Shown here one piece after another: positions 63,003 through 64,000 of a stretch of 64,000 nt of DNA. The notes beneath the pieces were generated by a model, which saw nothing but the letters and a program-made list of their open reading frames with translations, ran no database searches and was not told where the DNA came from. How positions within the stretch are numbered: position 1 is the stretch's first letter; each line of letters opens with the position of its first letter. The stretch is taken from contig CM035355.1 in NCBI GenBank assembly GCA_020137815.1, positions 8,308,001-8,372,000 of the forward strand, written 5' to 3'. This stretch comes from Hormiphora californensis (lineage: Eukaryota; Animalia; Ctenophora). A program made the position numbers and the translations under genes.

Positions 63003-63252
63003 TTCGTAAACTATAATGGAAGGGAGAGGGGTTATTAGGAGAGAAGTAAACTAGAATGGAAGGGAGAGTAGGGGTTAGAGACTATAAAGGAGAGGGTTAG
63101 TGGCAGAGAAGGGGCTAGAAACTAATAGGAATTTAGGGATCACTCTTCAAAAGAAGGCATATAATTTTCGCCTCAGTTTCGGCATAAATGATGTGAAAAT
63201 AAAACATGTAATAATTATTAACAACACAAATTAATGTATTCTCTCCGAATGT

Positions 63253-63937
63253 TTAAAATGTTTCATTCTCTAATGTGTAGCAAGACAAATGGTAGGCCTT
63301 GTCCATGCTAGCGAAATCCCTTCTAACAGGGGGCATTAGTTTATCTTTCTCTGTCTCGTCACTCAGAATCTTCCCACACCCCGCACAAGGCTGAGAATAT
63401 AAGTTCTGGTAATAACTCAGCCACACAAAGAATTTACTAGCGTTCTGGAAATGGAGGGATGCTGCATTAGCCACCTCGGTTAAACGGTTAAAAACTGTAA
63501 ACTTGGAGGGCGGCCAGAGGTTATCATTGAGCGTCTCCTCGTTGAAGGAATGCACTATAATCCTCTCTACTACCCCGCCCTGCATTACTGCACAGGCCTT
63601 CAGAACCTTCCCAACTATTGCCTTTAGCATGGTGCCACTATGACTGGGCATTATCTGGAGTTTCAGGGAGTACTGGCTGCTGCCCAGACCAAACTTGGTA
63701 TTCATCTGGGCCACAAAACTCTCAATAACTGTCCTCTCTACATAGATATGAGGAGAGTTCAACTCAGGATCTAGCTCCGCTAGGTTCCTTATCTTGATAT
63801 TCCGTGTGACTTGGTTGAATAGTATCTGACTGTTATCTGTGATACGTGCTGCTCTTGTGTACCCCTCCTGGATGTCCTCGTGAGCCTTGTGGGATTGAAG
63901 GTCATCTGCAGCCAGGGAGAGCTGGTGGAATCCAATA
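63253..63937 (-). CDS. MED27: Mediator subunit 27, terminal exon (gene continues beyond window)
   Basis: LWPPSKFTVFNRLTEVANAASLHF...FFVWLSYYQNLYSQPCAGCGKIL...PPVRRDF...AYHLSC matches the MED27 C-terminal Zn-binding region; acceptor ctctctcAG at ~63938. Confidence 0.88.
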
Positions 63938-64000
63938 CTGAGAGAGGGAGGGGGAGGGTTACTACTACAGGGGGAGGTCATCGCACTGACCCTTTCTTAC

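Overview
Intron-rich eukaryotic (animal-like) genomic DNA. Some stretches look noisy and under-polished, with scattered single-base indels in exons and repeats. A ctenophore-like origin is only a guess from gene compaction and intron style. The minus strand carries a head-to-tail run: TAF6 -> archease (ZBTB8OS-like) -> HADHB-like thiolase -> large helical protein (possibly Gemin4-like) -> TRAPPC13 -> [5'-truncated LINE] -> membrane-anchored GH31 alpha-glucosidase-like gene lacking its catalytic nucleophile. MED27 and RNMT (minus) lie at the right end, possibly inside an intron of a plus-strand TM2-domain (DNAJC22-like) gene. Two things stand out. (1) Most large intronic tandem arrays are built from a real splice junction of the host gene: three amplify a 3' splice site plus the start of the exon and one amplifies an exon end plus 5' splice site, up to ~100-130 times. 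Many 2-4-copy versions of the same event occur at other junctions. (2) A 19.6-kb PIF/Harbinger element (identical 131-bp TIRs, TTA TSD) fills a TAF6 intron. It carries a decayed transposase, a Myb/SANT-like ORF, an inverted ~500-bp satellite array, several nested MITEs and a captured, intron-containing ATG2 fragment. All identifications are from motif recognition by eye; no searches were run.
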